Sequence record: PQ673863.1
Source of the DNA: Streptococcus phage vB_SbS-pSY22
Strand: one strand, 5' to 3'
DNA: 32,000 bases
Position numbers and translations under genes: made by a program. Each line of letters begins with the position of its first letter. Position 1 is the first letter of the stretch. A model generated the notes under the pieces. That model saw nothing but the letters and a program-made list of their open reading frames with translations. It had not been told where the DNA came from and searched no databases. This document shows positions 8,956-17,369 of this stretch, one piece after another.

Positions 8956-9708
8956 TTAGTTTTTAACTTTTACTTTCATTGTTTTGTTGAGAATACCACT
9001 TTCTTCAGCTAGAGTAGTTTGATCTCCGTCGGATTTGATGTAAAGGTGTGGTGCATTAGTGTAACTTAAATCATATCCGTTATCAATGGCCCACTCGTTG
9101 AAGTAATTTTCTTTTGCTTGGTAGACAGTATCAGCTAACTTTTGAATGCTTGAAGTAGGTTCATATTTGAAATCTTGAGGAACAATAACATAAATAAGAT
9201 TTTTCCCCATGTATTGCACACTCACGCTGACATTAACACCGCCATCAGCAAGAGACTGATTCAAAGTGTTCATGAAAGCAGTAGCAAAAGCTGCATTTGA
9301 TTCTTCAGTGTATTCTGGACCATCGTTTTTAGTAGTTGGTTCAGTTGATTGTTCTGTCTTAGAAGAACTTTCAGCTGTTGTTTTAACTTCGCTACTTGAA
9401 GACGATGAACTTTCTTTAGTTTTAGAAGAACTAGAAGATGTAGCGATAGTTGTTGATGCAGTAGTTGTAGATGCATTACTGTTATCTTTAAAAACAGCTG
9501 GTGTAATAAAGATAGTTCCTAACAAACCAACTGCAGCAACTGCAATAGAGATATTTCTCTTTTTAATATCAGGTTTCTTTTTAGTGAAGTACCAAACTGC
9601 ACCAACTCCACCAATTAGAGCTACTGGCATTAAAATTGCAGCAATAGCAACGACTAAAGCAATTACCAGGATAATCAGAACGACTTTTCCTGCTCCGCTC
9701 TTTTTCAT
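8956..9708 (-). CDS. Membrane-anchored protein with Ser/Thr-rich linker and extracellular domain; candidate superinfection exclusion or lysogenic conversion factor
   Basis: Two hydrophobic N-terminal segments, then an approximately 60-aa S/T/K/E-rich linker, then a folded domain. Located in the lysogeny module on the prophage strand. Confidence 0.75.
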   Translation of the reverse strand: MKKSGAGKVVLIILVIALVVAIAAILMPVALIGGVGAVWYFTKKKPDIKKRNISIAVAAVGLLGTIFITPAVFKDNSNASTTTASTTIATSSSSSKTKESSSSSSSEVKTTAESSSKTEQSTEPTTKNDGPEYTEESNAAFATAFMNTLNQSLADGGVNVSVSVQYMGKNLIYVIVPQDFKYEPTSSIQKLADTVYQAKENYFNEWAIDNGYDLSYTNAPHLYIKSDGDQTTLAEESGILNKTMKVKVKN

Positions 9709-9761
9709 TATTTTTTCTCCATTCTCCAGCTTTTATTGTGATTCAGTGATTGCACATATTA

Positions 9762-10142
9762 TTAAACAATATCCATTAAATTATAGTATTCATCAATAAC
9801 CATGCATTCATCGGCTACAGTATTCAATTGGTGCCTTTGCATAAAATTGACGTAGTTGAACTCATAGTCTGATTCTCTCAACTCTTCTTCTAATAAGAGT
9901 CTGATCATGTTTCGATTAGCTTGTAACTCGAATTGTTCATGACGTCTTTGATATTGATTAGAATCATGTTCAAGATGCCCAAGCTCATGATAAACAACTT
10001 TCTTCATAGCTTCTTCCGAAAGTGATTTATTGACGAAGATAATTTTGATGTCATCAATGTAAATGCCAGGTCGTGGCCATAGCTCATTGTCAAAGTAAGC
10101 TAGTGTCACTCCATATGATTCAACAAGTTCTTCAATAGTCAT
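9762..10142 (-). CDS. immA: ImmA/IrrE-family metallopeptidase
   Basis: YHELGHLEHD (HEXXH) zinc metallopeptidase motif; adjacent to CI-like repressor. Confidence 0.9.
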   Translation of the reverse strand: MTIEELVESYGVTLAYFDNELWPRPGIYIDDIKIIFVNKSLSEEAMKKVVYHELGHLEHDSNQYQRRHEQFELQANRNMIRLLLEEELRESDYEFNYVNFMQRHQLNTVADECMVIDEYYNLMDIV

Positions 10143-10170
10143 AGACTATCTTCCTTTGCTCAATTATTTT

Positions 10171-10548
10171 TTAGTTTCTACCTTTTAGGTAAATTTCAAT
10201 GATATTTGTAATTGCGTCAACATCTTCATCGGTAAGTGGTTTACCGTCGAAGGTCTTGGCGTTTTTCGCCATTTTGCGCAAATCTTCAGTTGTGTATTCT
10301 GATGCAGCATCGTCAGAAGCAATTCTGGGATTATCAGTGCGGCCATAAATATAATCAGTGGAAACATTAAAGTAATCAGCGATTTTAGCAATATGTTCGC
10401 TAGAAGAAGACTTACGTGTTCTTAAATTATAAATATAGTTTTCACTCAAACCAACAGACTGCGCTACTGTTTGCAAACTAACACCTTGTTTAGCTGCTAG
10501 TCCCTTTATTCTCTCAAAAGCAATTAAATTAAGGGTTTGATTAGTCAT
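10171..10548 (-). CDS. CI-like XRE-family repressor
   Basis: N-terminal HTH (KQGVSLQTVAQSVGLSENYIYNLRT), DYIYGRTDNP; divergent from the early + strand operon. Confidence 0.92.
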   Translation of the reverse strand: MTNQTLNLIAFERIKGLAAKQGVSLQTVAQSVGLSENYIYNLRTRKSSSSEHIAKIADYFNVSTDYIYGRTDNPRIASDDAASEYTTEDLRKMAKNAKTFDGKPLTDEDVDAITNIIEIYLKGRN

Positions 10549-10580
10549 TTTAAAGCCTTTCTAAGCCATGACAAAAAATA

Positions 10581-10600
10581 TTTTACTTTTTTGAGTAAAA
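10581..10600. promoter_or_regulatory. Putative repressor operator O1
   Basis: Imperfect palindrome TTTTACTTTTTTGAGTAAAA. Confidence 0.55.
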
Positions 10601-10604
10601 ACTA

Positions 10605-10633
10605 TTGACATATAACACTCAAACGAGTAAAAT
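10605..10633 (+). promoter_or_regulatory. Putative rightward early promoter with embedded operator O2
   Basis: TTGACA (10605-10610), 17 bp, TAAAAT (10628-10633); ACTC AAAC GAGT (10617-10628) sits in the spacer. Confidence 0.7.
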
Positions 10634-10756
10634 ATAAAATGTAAAGCGAATTAATAAGCGAAACAAAAAGCGAAGATATAACTAAAAAAATAAGTTTGGC
10701 GACTTTAAAAATCAAGTAATATCAAGCGTTTTGTTAATGTTTTTCTTATACATTGA

Positions 10757-10777
10757 TTTTACTCCAATGAGTGAAAA
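10757..10777. promoter_or_regulatory. Putative repressor operator O3
   Basis: TTTT ACTC CAAT GAGT GAAAA; further half-sites GAGT/ACTC at 10778-10796. Confidence 0.55.
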
Positions 10778-10843
10778 GAGTCAATACATTTTACTCAAAA
10801 TTTCGCAAAAAAATTCGCTTTCTATTTTGGAGAAAGGAAGAAT

Positions 10844-11068
10844 ATGAAAAAAATGAGTCAACAACATCAAAAATGGATTGCGCTTGTTGAACAACGACTG
10901 AAAGAAAAAGGCTGGTCGAAAGCAGATTTGACACAAGTAGTTGGTCTTCGAAGTCCTGCTACAATCACTGATTTACTCAAAAAAGGGAAAGGAAGTGCTG
11001 ATTTAAAACTCAGAGTCTCAAAGGCACTTGATATTCGCGAGCCTTGGGAAAACTTCGAAGAAAATTAA
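10844..11068 (+). CDS. Cro-like small HTH protein
   Basis: QRLKEKGWSKADLTQVVGLRSPATITDLLKKGKGSADLKLRVSKAL helix-turn-helix; first gene rightward of the CI-like repressor. Confidence 0.8.
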   Translation: MKKMSQQHQKWIALVEQRLKEKGWSKADLTQVVGLRSPATITDLLKKGKGSADLKLRVSKALDIREPWENFEEN

Positions 11069-11079
11069 TTTAAATTCAT

Positions 11080-11231
11080 CTCTCGGTTAGTAGCTACGGC
11101 TCTAACAAGGTGATAACCTCCTTTAAAAATAGATAAATAAAACCGCAGTTATGATTTCCTCTAAACGATAAATATTTGATAAGACAACAATGATAAAAAT
11201 CCTTGTTAGAGCTATAACTGCTAATCGAGAG
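11080..11231 (+). ncRNA. Candidate structured RNA: 31-nt long stem closing a 90-nt loop with anti-SD sequence
   Basis: CTCTCGGTTAGTAGCTACGGCTCTAACAAGG (11080-11110) pairs with CCTTGTTAGAGCTATAACTGCTAATCGAGAG (11201-11231): 26 WC pairs + 3 G-U + 2 C-A mismatches. Loop contains ACCTCCTTT (11116-11124). Confidence 0.6.
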
Positions 11232-11255
11232 TCCAGAAATTAGAAAGGGGTAAAG

Positions 11256-11594
11256 ATGGAACAACGAGCAATGTCACATATTGAAATCAAAGTTTTGAAT
11301 GCAATCAGGAACAGAGCTAATTTCGAGAAACCTCTCAAAGCTCAGACGCTTCGTTCAGAATTCGATTTAAATAAGCGAGAGCTTGAAGAGGTTATCGAGA
11401 ACTTACGTGTCATATTCAAGCACCCAATTGTAGCTAAAAAGGTGCAGCCTAGCGGTTACTATTTGCCTAGAAATGACAAAGAGCGAAACGCAGGACTTGC
11501 ACCTTACAAACAACAGATTTTGACTTCACAACGTAATCTAACCGCTGTTGTTTCAGTTGATTTAAATGAATATTGGCAGTTAGATCATGAGTGA
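11256..11594 (+). CDS. Early phage protein with winged-helix-like N terminus
   Basis: 112 aa, preceded by AAAGGGG; HIEIKVLNAIRN...QTLRSEFDLNKRELEEVIENLR. An alternative start at internal ATG 11271 is possible. Confidence 0.65.
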   Translation: MEQRAMSHIEIKVLNAIRNRANFEKPLKAQTLRSEFDLNKRELEEVIENLRVIFKHPIVAKKVQPSGYYLPRNDKERNAGLAPYKQQILTSQRNLTAVVSVDLNEYWQLDHE

Positions 11595-11678
11595 CAGAAA
11601 ACAAAAAAAGCGACTGGAAATCAGCCGCATAACAAATAAAACTAAAGTAAATTATACCACATTAAAAAGGAGCACGCT

Positions 11679-11990
11679 ATGCCAAAGACCGAAATAACTT
11701 ACAAGGCTGTCGGTGTTAACGAAGATGCTGAATGGGGCGACTATGATCATCTCATGCAACGTTGGGAAGGACTTAGCAAACCAGTGGCTAAGCAATGGGC
11801 AGCTGAAATGCGTGAACATCCAGATTTCAACAAGTACATTGACAATCCAACGCATAAAATAGTCTTTATCAATTATGAAGGCTTTGCATTGTTCGTTAAA
11901 TGGAAATCACGCAACAGATATTTAAGTAAAAAAGAAACGTTAGCAGAAATGCTGGAAAATATCAAACTAGAAGAAAGAGTAGGAGTTTAA
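11679..11990 (+). CDS. Hypothetical early phage protein
   Basis: 103 aa ORF preceded by AAAAAGGAG. Confidence 0.7.
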   Translation: MPKTEITYKAVGVNEDAEWGDYDHLMQRWEGLSKPVAKQWAAEMREHPDFNKYIDNPTHKIVFINYEGFALFVKWKSRNRYLSKKETLAEMLENIKLEERVGV

Positions 11991-11991
11991 C

Positions 11992-12171
11992 ATGACATAT
12001 CTAATTATCACAATAGCAGTTTTAGCGTTTGCAGAAGTTATCACATTAACTTTATTAGGACGTAAGCAAGAACAAATTCTTTACTATCAAAGTGAAGATT
12101 ACAAAAACCACATCTTCACAGAACGAGCACGTAGCAATAGTCAAAAGTGGAGCGAAGCAAATGGAAAATAA
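11992..12171 (+). CDS. Small membrane protein (59 aa)
   Basis: MTYLIITIAVLAFAEVITLTLLGRKQEQ... N-terminal TM; tightly packed with neighbours. Absent from the supplied track. Confidence 0.6.
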   Translation: MTYLIITIAVLAFAEVITLTLLGRKQEQILYYQSEDYKNHIFTERARSNSQKWSEANGK

Positions 12172-12346
12172 ACAACAAATTGAAATTGATGTTTTGAATA
12201 AGATTACCAAAACGATTAAAAATACTAATTTCCAATTTAAGCCTGGGACGATGAGCCCGAGAGACCTTGATATGTGGCACAATGGGCTTAGAGTAGCACT
12301 TTTGATAATCGAAACAGCAAAGAATCTCATTGAGGAAGGTGATTAG
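12161..12346 (+). CDS. Hypothetical early phage protein (61 aa)
   Basis: MENKQQIEIDVLNKITKTIKNTNFQFKPGTMSPRDLDMWHNGLRVALLIIETAKNLIEEGD; overlaps the end of the previous ORF, abuts the replication gene. Confidence 0.6.
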   Translation: MENKQQIEIDVLNKITKTIKNTNFQFKPGTMSPRDLDMWHNGLRVALLIIETAKNLIEEGD

Positions 12347-13204
12347 ATGGCACAAAAAAGAATGTTTAACATCTCTATCACAGATACTGATAAATTTCTA
12401 GACATGCCAGCGACATCACAAAATTTATATTTTCATCTAAATATGCACGCTGATGATGACGGTTTTGTAGACTCGCCAAAAAGGATAATGCGAAATGTTA
12501 ACGCATCACAAGATGATATGAACATTCTGTTAAGCAAGCAATTTGTATTTGTTTTTGATACTGGAGTGATGGTGATAAGAGACTGGAAAATTCACAACAT
12601 AATTCGCAAAGATACTTATAAACCAACGCTTTATCAGGAAGAAAAATCTATGCTAGAAATCACCGAAACAGGTGCGTATCAGTTTCGTAACGAACCCGTA
12701 ACGGTAACGGGAGAAAACGTCGCACAGATTAGATTAGATAAGAATAGGATAGATAAGAATAGGATAGAAGAGGTAAAAAAAGAAGAATCCTCTACCTCCT
12801 CTCAAAATTTGAAATATTTTTTTGAAAAATGGCAGGAAATTACAGGTAGAGCTCTAACGCCTTTTGAAATCGAGGATATTCCAAAATTACACAAAGAAGA
12901 TGGATTTAGTATTGAGTTAATGCTGACAGCTTTGAAAGAAGCTGCTAACTCTACCAGCAATTTCAATTTTAATTATTTCAAATCTATTCTAATGCGTTAC
13001 AAACGCCAAGGATTACTAACACCAGAAATGGTAGCAGGAGCTGAAAAACAACGGCAAGAGGCTAAGAATAAGCAATTCACTAACCAACAACAACCAGCCA
13101 AAAGCAATGTACCAGATTGGGTAGACAAAGACTATAAACATGAAGCAACAGTAGACGAGCAAGCACAGCTTGACGCGCTGAAAGCAGCAATGATGGAGGA
13201 TTAA
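12347..13204 (+). CDS. Phage replisome organiser / DnaD-like replication initiation protein
   Basis: N-terminal MFNISITDTDKFLDMPATSQNLYFHLNMHADDDGFVDSPKRIMR typical of phage replisome organisers; C-terminal DnaD-like region (YFFEKWQEITGRALTPFEIEDI). Confidence 0.85.
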   Translation: MAQKRMFNISITDTDKFLDMPATSQNLYFHLNMHADDDGFVDSPKRIMRNVNASQDDMNILLSKQFVFVFDTGVMVIRDWKIHNIIRKDTYKPTLYQEEKSMLEITETGAYQFRNEPVTVTGENVAQIRLDKNRIDKNRIEEVKKEESSTSSQNLKYFFEKWQEITGRALTPFEIEDIPKLHKEDGFSIELMLTALKEAANSTSNFNFNYFKSILMRYKRQGLLTPEMVAGAEKQRQEAKNKQFTNQQQPAKSNVPDWVDKDYKHEATVDEQAQLDALKAAMMED

Positions 13205-13206
13205 AA

Positions 13207-13428
13207 TTGGAATTTTACAAAGAATACGAAGATATAAGAAAATACAACGATAATGGCCGTAGCTATAGAACTATTACAGCAACAGACCAGCTAAACCAAG
13301 AAGTAAAAATTAACCAACAATGGAAAAGTGAAGTAAAGGGCTATATAGTCGAAGAATGTCACACAAGCATTCTTGTTCGCTGGGTAGGGTTAAGTAGCAC
13401 TGAATTCACGGAGGTGCACTATGGATAA
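13207..13428 (+). CDS. Hypothetical early phage protein (TTG start)
   Basis: 73 aa, overlaps the next ORF by 8 nt. Confidence 0.5.
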   Translation: MEFYKEYEDIRKYNDNGRSYRTITATDQLNQEVKINQQWKSEVKGYIVEECHTSILVRWVGLSSTEFTEVHYG

Positions 13429-14017
13429 GCAAGAAGCGATGAAAGCATTGACTGATGCGAAGCACACTTTTAGACCTTGCTGGTCGAACGATTGTGCTAG
13501 AGACGGCTTTGAAGAAGGTATTGATTTTGCTTTTGGCATCGTAAATAAACTTGACGAGCCAGAGAAACCAACTCTCACAAAAGAAGAAGCAGAATGGATT
13601 GAAGGGCTTAAAGAAGAACAAGAGCTTAGACCATTTTGGACAAAATATAGTATGCTTTATTTCATCACAAGGTGTGGCTTTGGATATGGTTTCTCATATG
13701 ACCATGAGGGCAGAGAGATTGAATTAAAACACTATCCTCATGAAGTTCATGCAGAGAAGGAACGCCTTGCAAATGCTATTTTTTACGGTTATGAGATTGA
13801 GAAAGAGAAACTGTATACAGCAGTTCCGATTTTTATTACAAACAGTGCCTCAAAGCATGATAGCTATCTTAATAAAAGTAAAAGTAGAGGCACTTTCTTC
13901 TTTAGTGACTTAGATAACGTTGATGGGAAGTATCAAACACATTTTACACAAGAAGAACTAGAAAAACTTAACATTTGGAATAATTTAGCCTTTGAAGTGG
14001 AAGAGGTGGAAGAATGA
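13421..14017 (+). CDS. DUF1642-family phage protein (copy 1)
   Basis: KLDEPEKPTLTKEEAEWIEGLKEEQ...LYFITRCGFGYGFSYD...RLANAIFYGYEIEKEKLYTAV signature. Confidence 0.85.
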   Translation: MDKQEAMKALTDAKHTFRPCWSNDCARDGFEEGIDFAFGIVNKLDEPEKPTLTKEEAEWIEGLKEEQELRPFWTKYSMLYFITRCGFGYGFSYDHEGREIELKHYPHEVHAEKERLANAIFYGYEIEKEKLYTAVPIFITNSASKHDSYLNKSKSRGTFFFSDLDNVDGKYQTHFTQEELEKLNIWNNLAFEVEEVEE

Positions 14018-14238
14018 TTGAAGAAAATTTAGAGTATTTGTCAACTAAAATCAAACGTTCGCAAGACCGCTATGTTCGTGGTCAACTTGACCTGTTTGAC
14101 AGAATTTTAGCGCAGGTCGAGAAACAGTATGAAAACAGTTTGGACCAGCAAACAATCAACGGTATTGCAGCAACCATCTATCAAGGCTACATCTTATCCG
14201 ACATCGAAGATGCAATTAGAAACGGACGGCTCGAATGA
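14014..14238 (+). CDS. Hypothetical early phage protein
   Basis: 74 aa, ATGA-type overlap with upstream ORF. Confidence 0.6.
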   Translation: MIEENLEYLSTKIKRSQDRYVRGQLDLFDRILAQVEKQYENSLDQQTINGIAATIYQGYILSDIEDAIRNGRLE

Positions 14239-14423
14239 TTAGATTAGCAGATGAATTAGAACAGCAGGTCAAAGGCTGGAGAGCAAGATACTTCGGTCTT
14301 AGCCGCGAATTTGGCAAGATCATCAATCAGCAGCAAGACAAAATTATCAGTCTACAGCAAGAAAACAAACGTTTAAAACGTGAAATCTGGAATTTGAAGA
14401 GAACGAAAGGAAGAAGAAAATAA
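14235..14423 (+). CDS. Hypothetical coiled-coil early phage protein
   Basis: 62 aa, ATGA overlap; QQDKIISLQQENKRLKREIWNLKR. Confidence 0.6.
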   Translation: MIRLADELEQQVKGWRARYFGLSREFGKIINQQQDKIISLQQENKRLKREIWNLKRTKGRRK

Positions 14424-15178
14424 TGGCAAATCAATTGGCAAAACAAACAAAACGCGACATCACCGTAGACACGAGCGTGTGGACACCACAAGATGTAAAA
14501 CGATTTTTTGACCCGCAAAACCTTTTGAGCGAAAAACAAATCGGACAAGCCTTAACGCTTATCAAGGGGCGCAATCTTAACCCGTTCGCGAACGAAGTTT
14601 ACATTGTGGCCTATAAAAACAAAGGCGGTGGAACAGAATTTAGTCTGATTGTTTCAAAAGAAGCATTTTTAAAACGCGCAGCACAATGCAAAGATTATGA
14701 AGGCTTTGAAGCAGGAGTTGTGGTTCTAGATGCTGACGGAGTGCAAGTTGAACGCAAGGGCTCGCTGGTATTACCAAACGACACGATTGTCGGTGGATGG
14801 GCAAGAGTCTATAGAAAGAATTTTAAAGTACCTGTTGAAGTGTACATCAGCATGAGCGAGTACGACAAAGGACGAAGCACTTGGAAAGCAATGCCAGCGA
14901 CTATGATTCGTAAGACGGCGCTAGTCAATGCATTGCGCGAAGCTTTTCCAGATGATTTAGGAAATATGTACACCGAAGACGATGGTGGAGAAACATTTGA
15001 CCGTATTAAAGACGTAACACCAGAACCACAAGAAAGCCGTGAAGACGTCTTGGCACGCAAACAAGCTCAAATTGAAAATTGGCAAAAACAAAAAGCTAAG
15101 CAGGAAGAGCCGCAACCAGAACCTGTCAAAGAAGCACAGACAGAGCTTTTAGATGAAAATGATGAATTGGTCTATTGA
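14423..15178 (+). CDS. bet: Phage recombination protein Bet (Red-beta/RecT-superfamily annealing protein)
   Basis: LIKGRNLNPFANEVYIVAYKNKGGGTEFSLIVSKEAFLKRA...GWARVYRKNFKVPVEVYISMSEY...TWKAMPATMIRKTALVNALREAFPDDLGNMYTEDD. Confidence 0.93.
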   Translation: MANQLAKQTKRDITVDTSVWTPQDVKRFFDPQNLLSEKQIGQALTLIKGRNLNPFANEVYIVAYKNKGGGTEFSLIVSKEAFLKRAAQCKDYEGFEAGVVVLDADGVQVERKGSLVLPNDTIVGGWARVYRKNFKVPVEVYISMSEYDKGRSTWKAMPATMIRKTALVNALREAFPDDLGNMYTEDDGGETFDRIKDVTPEPQESREDVLARKQAQIENWQKQKAKQEEPQPEPVKEAQTELLDENDELVY

Positions 15179-15192
15179 GAGGTGAATAGCAA

Positions 15193-16191
15193 ATGCAAGA
15201 ATTACAAGCAAATGTAAAACAAGCGGAAGTTGAAATTATTGATCGTGAAGCTTTTGAGCAAGGCATTAATGACGTAGTTGCAAAATATAAAAATTACACA
15301 GTAACGGCGTCGACTATTAAAGGTGATAAGAAAGTTTTAGCTGATTTACGCAAGCTTAAAAAGCAAATTTCAGACGAACGCATCAAAATCAAACGTGAGC
15401 TTTCTAAGTCAACAGATGAATTTGATACTTACATTAAAAGCAAATCAAAACCGCTTGATGAAATCATAGATAAGATTGCTGGCGACGTTAAAGAGTTTGA
15501 AGATAATCAAAAGGCTTTGCGATTAGACACGGTTAAAGGCTATATCGCCAACAAATGCGCTGAATATTTACTTGACCCACGAATTTTTGACGAAAAAGCA
15601 ACAGAGTTTATTAAAGCAGGCGACTTCATGGCTGACGGTGTCACGCTTAAGAAAGTAACAATGAAATCTCTTGATGACGCAATCACATTCGAGCTTCAAA
15701 AGCAGCAAGAATTTGAAAAAGCAAAAGCAGCAGTTTCTGGGCAATGCGCTGAATACAATATGACAGACCAGCCATATATTCGAATGTTGAAAGATTTGAC
15801 GCTTCCTGAAGTTTTAGAACAAATCAAATCAGATTATCGATTTGAAAAGCAAAAAGAAGAAGCTAGAAAAGCTCAAGAAGCAGAATTAGCACGTCAGCAG
15901 CCGACTGAACCACAGGAAATGCCAAATTTTGACCCAGAAACGGGCGAAATTTTAGATAGTGGGCGATTATCCCAAAAACAAGAAACACCCGTTAAAACGG
16001 CTCAAAATAGCTCAAAACATTATTGCCAAAAGATGACTTTTGAAGTTTATTTTGAAAATTCGGCAGAAAAAGATTTCTTTAAAACCGAACTTGAAAAACT
16101 CGGTTTTGAATACAAAAAGAATTATGCGGTTACTAGTTACAGAAAAATCAAACCGCTAACGCAAGAAGAGTTGGCAGATTTACTTAATTAA
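15193..16191 (+). CDS. DUF1351-family phage protein
   Basis: AFEQGINDVVAKYKNYTVTASTIKGDKKVLADLRKLKKQISDERIKIKRELSK...; usual neighbour of Bet in Gram-positive phages. Confidence 0.85.
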   Translation: MQELQANVKQAEVEIIDREAFEQGINDVVAKYKNYTVTASTIKGDKKVLADLRKLKKQISDERIKIKRELSKSTDEFDTYIKSKSKPLDEIIDKIAGDVKEFEDNQKALRLDTVKGYIANKCAEYLLDPRIFDEKATEFIKAGDFMADGVTLKKVTMKSLDDAITFELQKQQEFEKAKAAVSGQCAEYNMTDQPYIRMLKDLTLPEVLEQIKSDYRFEKQKEEARKAQEAELARQQPTEPQEMPNFDPETGEILDSGRLSQKQETPVKTAQNSSKHYCQKMTFEVYFENSAEKDFFKTELEKLGFEYKKNYAVTSYRKIKPLTQEELADLLN

Positions 16192-16273
16192 AAAACAACG
16201 TGCCGTGATTCACGATAAAAGCGAACTAGAAAGACGTGCCGATTTTAACGAGACGGCAATGTAAAGAATTTCG

Positions 16274-16324
16274 GCGGGCGCAAGCCTTACTCACACAATT
16301 TTAAAAGTGCCCGCTTTTGTTTTT
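16274..16324 (+). terminator. Candidate terminator/attenuator between DUF1351 gene and following ORF
   Basis: GCGGGCGC (16274-16281) pairs with GTGCCCGC (16307-16314), one G-U, followed by TTTTGTTTTT; 25-nt loop. Confidence 0.55.
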
Positions 16325-16336
16325 AGGAGCTAAAAA

Positions 16337-16663
16337 ATGACAAAAATCAATGTAACAGAAAATATCGCAATTGTTATCGAAAATAAAAAAATCACGGTTG
16401 AAAATGAGCTTGAATTTGATATGTTTATCGATTTCGTGAACAGAAATCAAGATCAATCACTTGATGAAAACGGAGATTTATTTGAACCAGTGTACAGATG
16501 TTTTGTTAAAGCAGTGCCAAAATTCGAAGTGTTTTACGCATCACTTCGAGAAACAAAAGAAGCATTGAGAGATTTACAGGAAATCAAGAAATTCTTTGAA
16601 TTCGTTGATAATAACAAGAAAAATCTATTCGAAACTGCAGGTTTCAAAGGAGTCGTTGAATGA
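16337..16663 (+). CDS. Hypothetical early phage protein
   Basis: 108 aa ORF, ATGA overlap with RusA gene. Confidence 0.65.
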   Translation: MTKINVTENIAIVIENKKITVENELEFDMFIDFVNRNQDQSLDENGDLFEPVYRCFVKAVPKFEVFYASLRETKEALRDLQEIKKFFEFVDNNKKNLFETAGFKGVVE

Positions 16664-17136
16664 GATTTGTAATTCCTATTGAACCAAAGCCACAGACACG
16701 ACCAAAATTTAGTAAATTCGGGGCGTATGAAGACCCTAAAATGAAAGCTTGGCGAAAGCAATGTTCAGAACTGATTGAACAAAACTATGACGGTCCGTTT
16801 TACGACAGTCCAATAAAAGTAGACGTTATCTTTTATATGAAAGCACCAAAAAGTATTTCAAAAGAGCCTAGCGAACGTGCTAGGGATTCGACGTGGGATA
16901 GGTTTTTAATGTATTTCAATGAAATAATGTGGCACTTCAAGAAACCTGACATCGATAATCTTGTCAAAGCAGTTTTCGATAGCATTTCAAATGCAGGTTA
17001 CAACAAAATTGATAAAAAAGGCATTGTTTGGTCTGACGATAACATTGTTTGTGATTTGAGAGCTAGAAAGTTATATAGTCCAGAGCCACGCATTGAAATC
17101 GAGATTGAGGAGCTAGGAGAATTGGCAAAACAGTAA
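16660..17136 (+). CDS. rusA: RusA-family Holliday junction resolvase
   Basis: PKPQTRPKFSKFGAYEDPKMKAW...PIKVDVIFYMKAPKS...HFKKPDIDNLVKAVFDSISNAGYNKIDKKGIVWSDDNIVCDLRARKLYS. Confidence 0.95.
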   Translation: MRFVIPIEPKPQTRPKFSKFGAYEDPKMKAWRKQCSELIEQNYDGPFYDSPIKVDVIFYMKAPKSISKEPSERARDSTWDRFLMYFNEIMWHFKKPDIDNLVKAVFDSISNAGYNKIDKKGIVWSDDNIVCDLRARKLYSPEPRIEIEIEELGELAKQ

Positions 17137-17150
17137 ATAAACGTCGTGCA

Positions 17151-17369
17151 ATGTACGCAGTTACGCTTATTGAGCACCGCGTTGAAACTCCGCTAGAAGT
17201 TTTAGATGCTTTTATTGATTGGACACATAAGAAACATTTAAAGAGCTATATTGGAATTGGTAAGATGCTGCACGTCTCATCAAATGACGCTAACAGATTA
17301 TTATCTAGAGCAGTTCTGCCTGATAAGACAGTCTGTTATCGTATGAAGGAGCTTATGTATGAAAGTTAA
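17151..17369 (+). CDS. Hypothetical small phage protein with HTH-like sequence
   Basis: 72 aa; LKSYIGIGKMLHVSSNDANRLLSRAVLPDKTVCYRM. Confidence 0.6.
   Translation: MYAVTLIEHRVETPLEVLDAFIDWTHKKHLKSYIGIGKMLHVSSNDANRLLSRAVLPDKTVCYRMKELMYES

Noticed and set aside
9266-9799. Plus-strand 177-aa ORF antisense to the Ser/Thr-rich membrane protein
   Set aside because: Its hydrophobic content mirrors the repetitive minus-strand gene; no plausible RBS or motif, and the minus-strand gene fits the lysogeny operon.
11080-11231. Terminal inverted repeats of a MITE/IS element
   Set aside because: Only 90 bp between arms, no transposase and no target-site duplication noticed; arm differences are mainly G-U compatible, favouring an RNA stem.
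12737-12766. CRISPR-like or transposon repeat
   Set aside because: Two contiguous 15-bp units with no spacers and inside an intact replication gene; more consistent with iterons or simple protein repeats. No CRISPR array was seen anywhere in the window.
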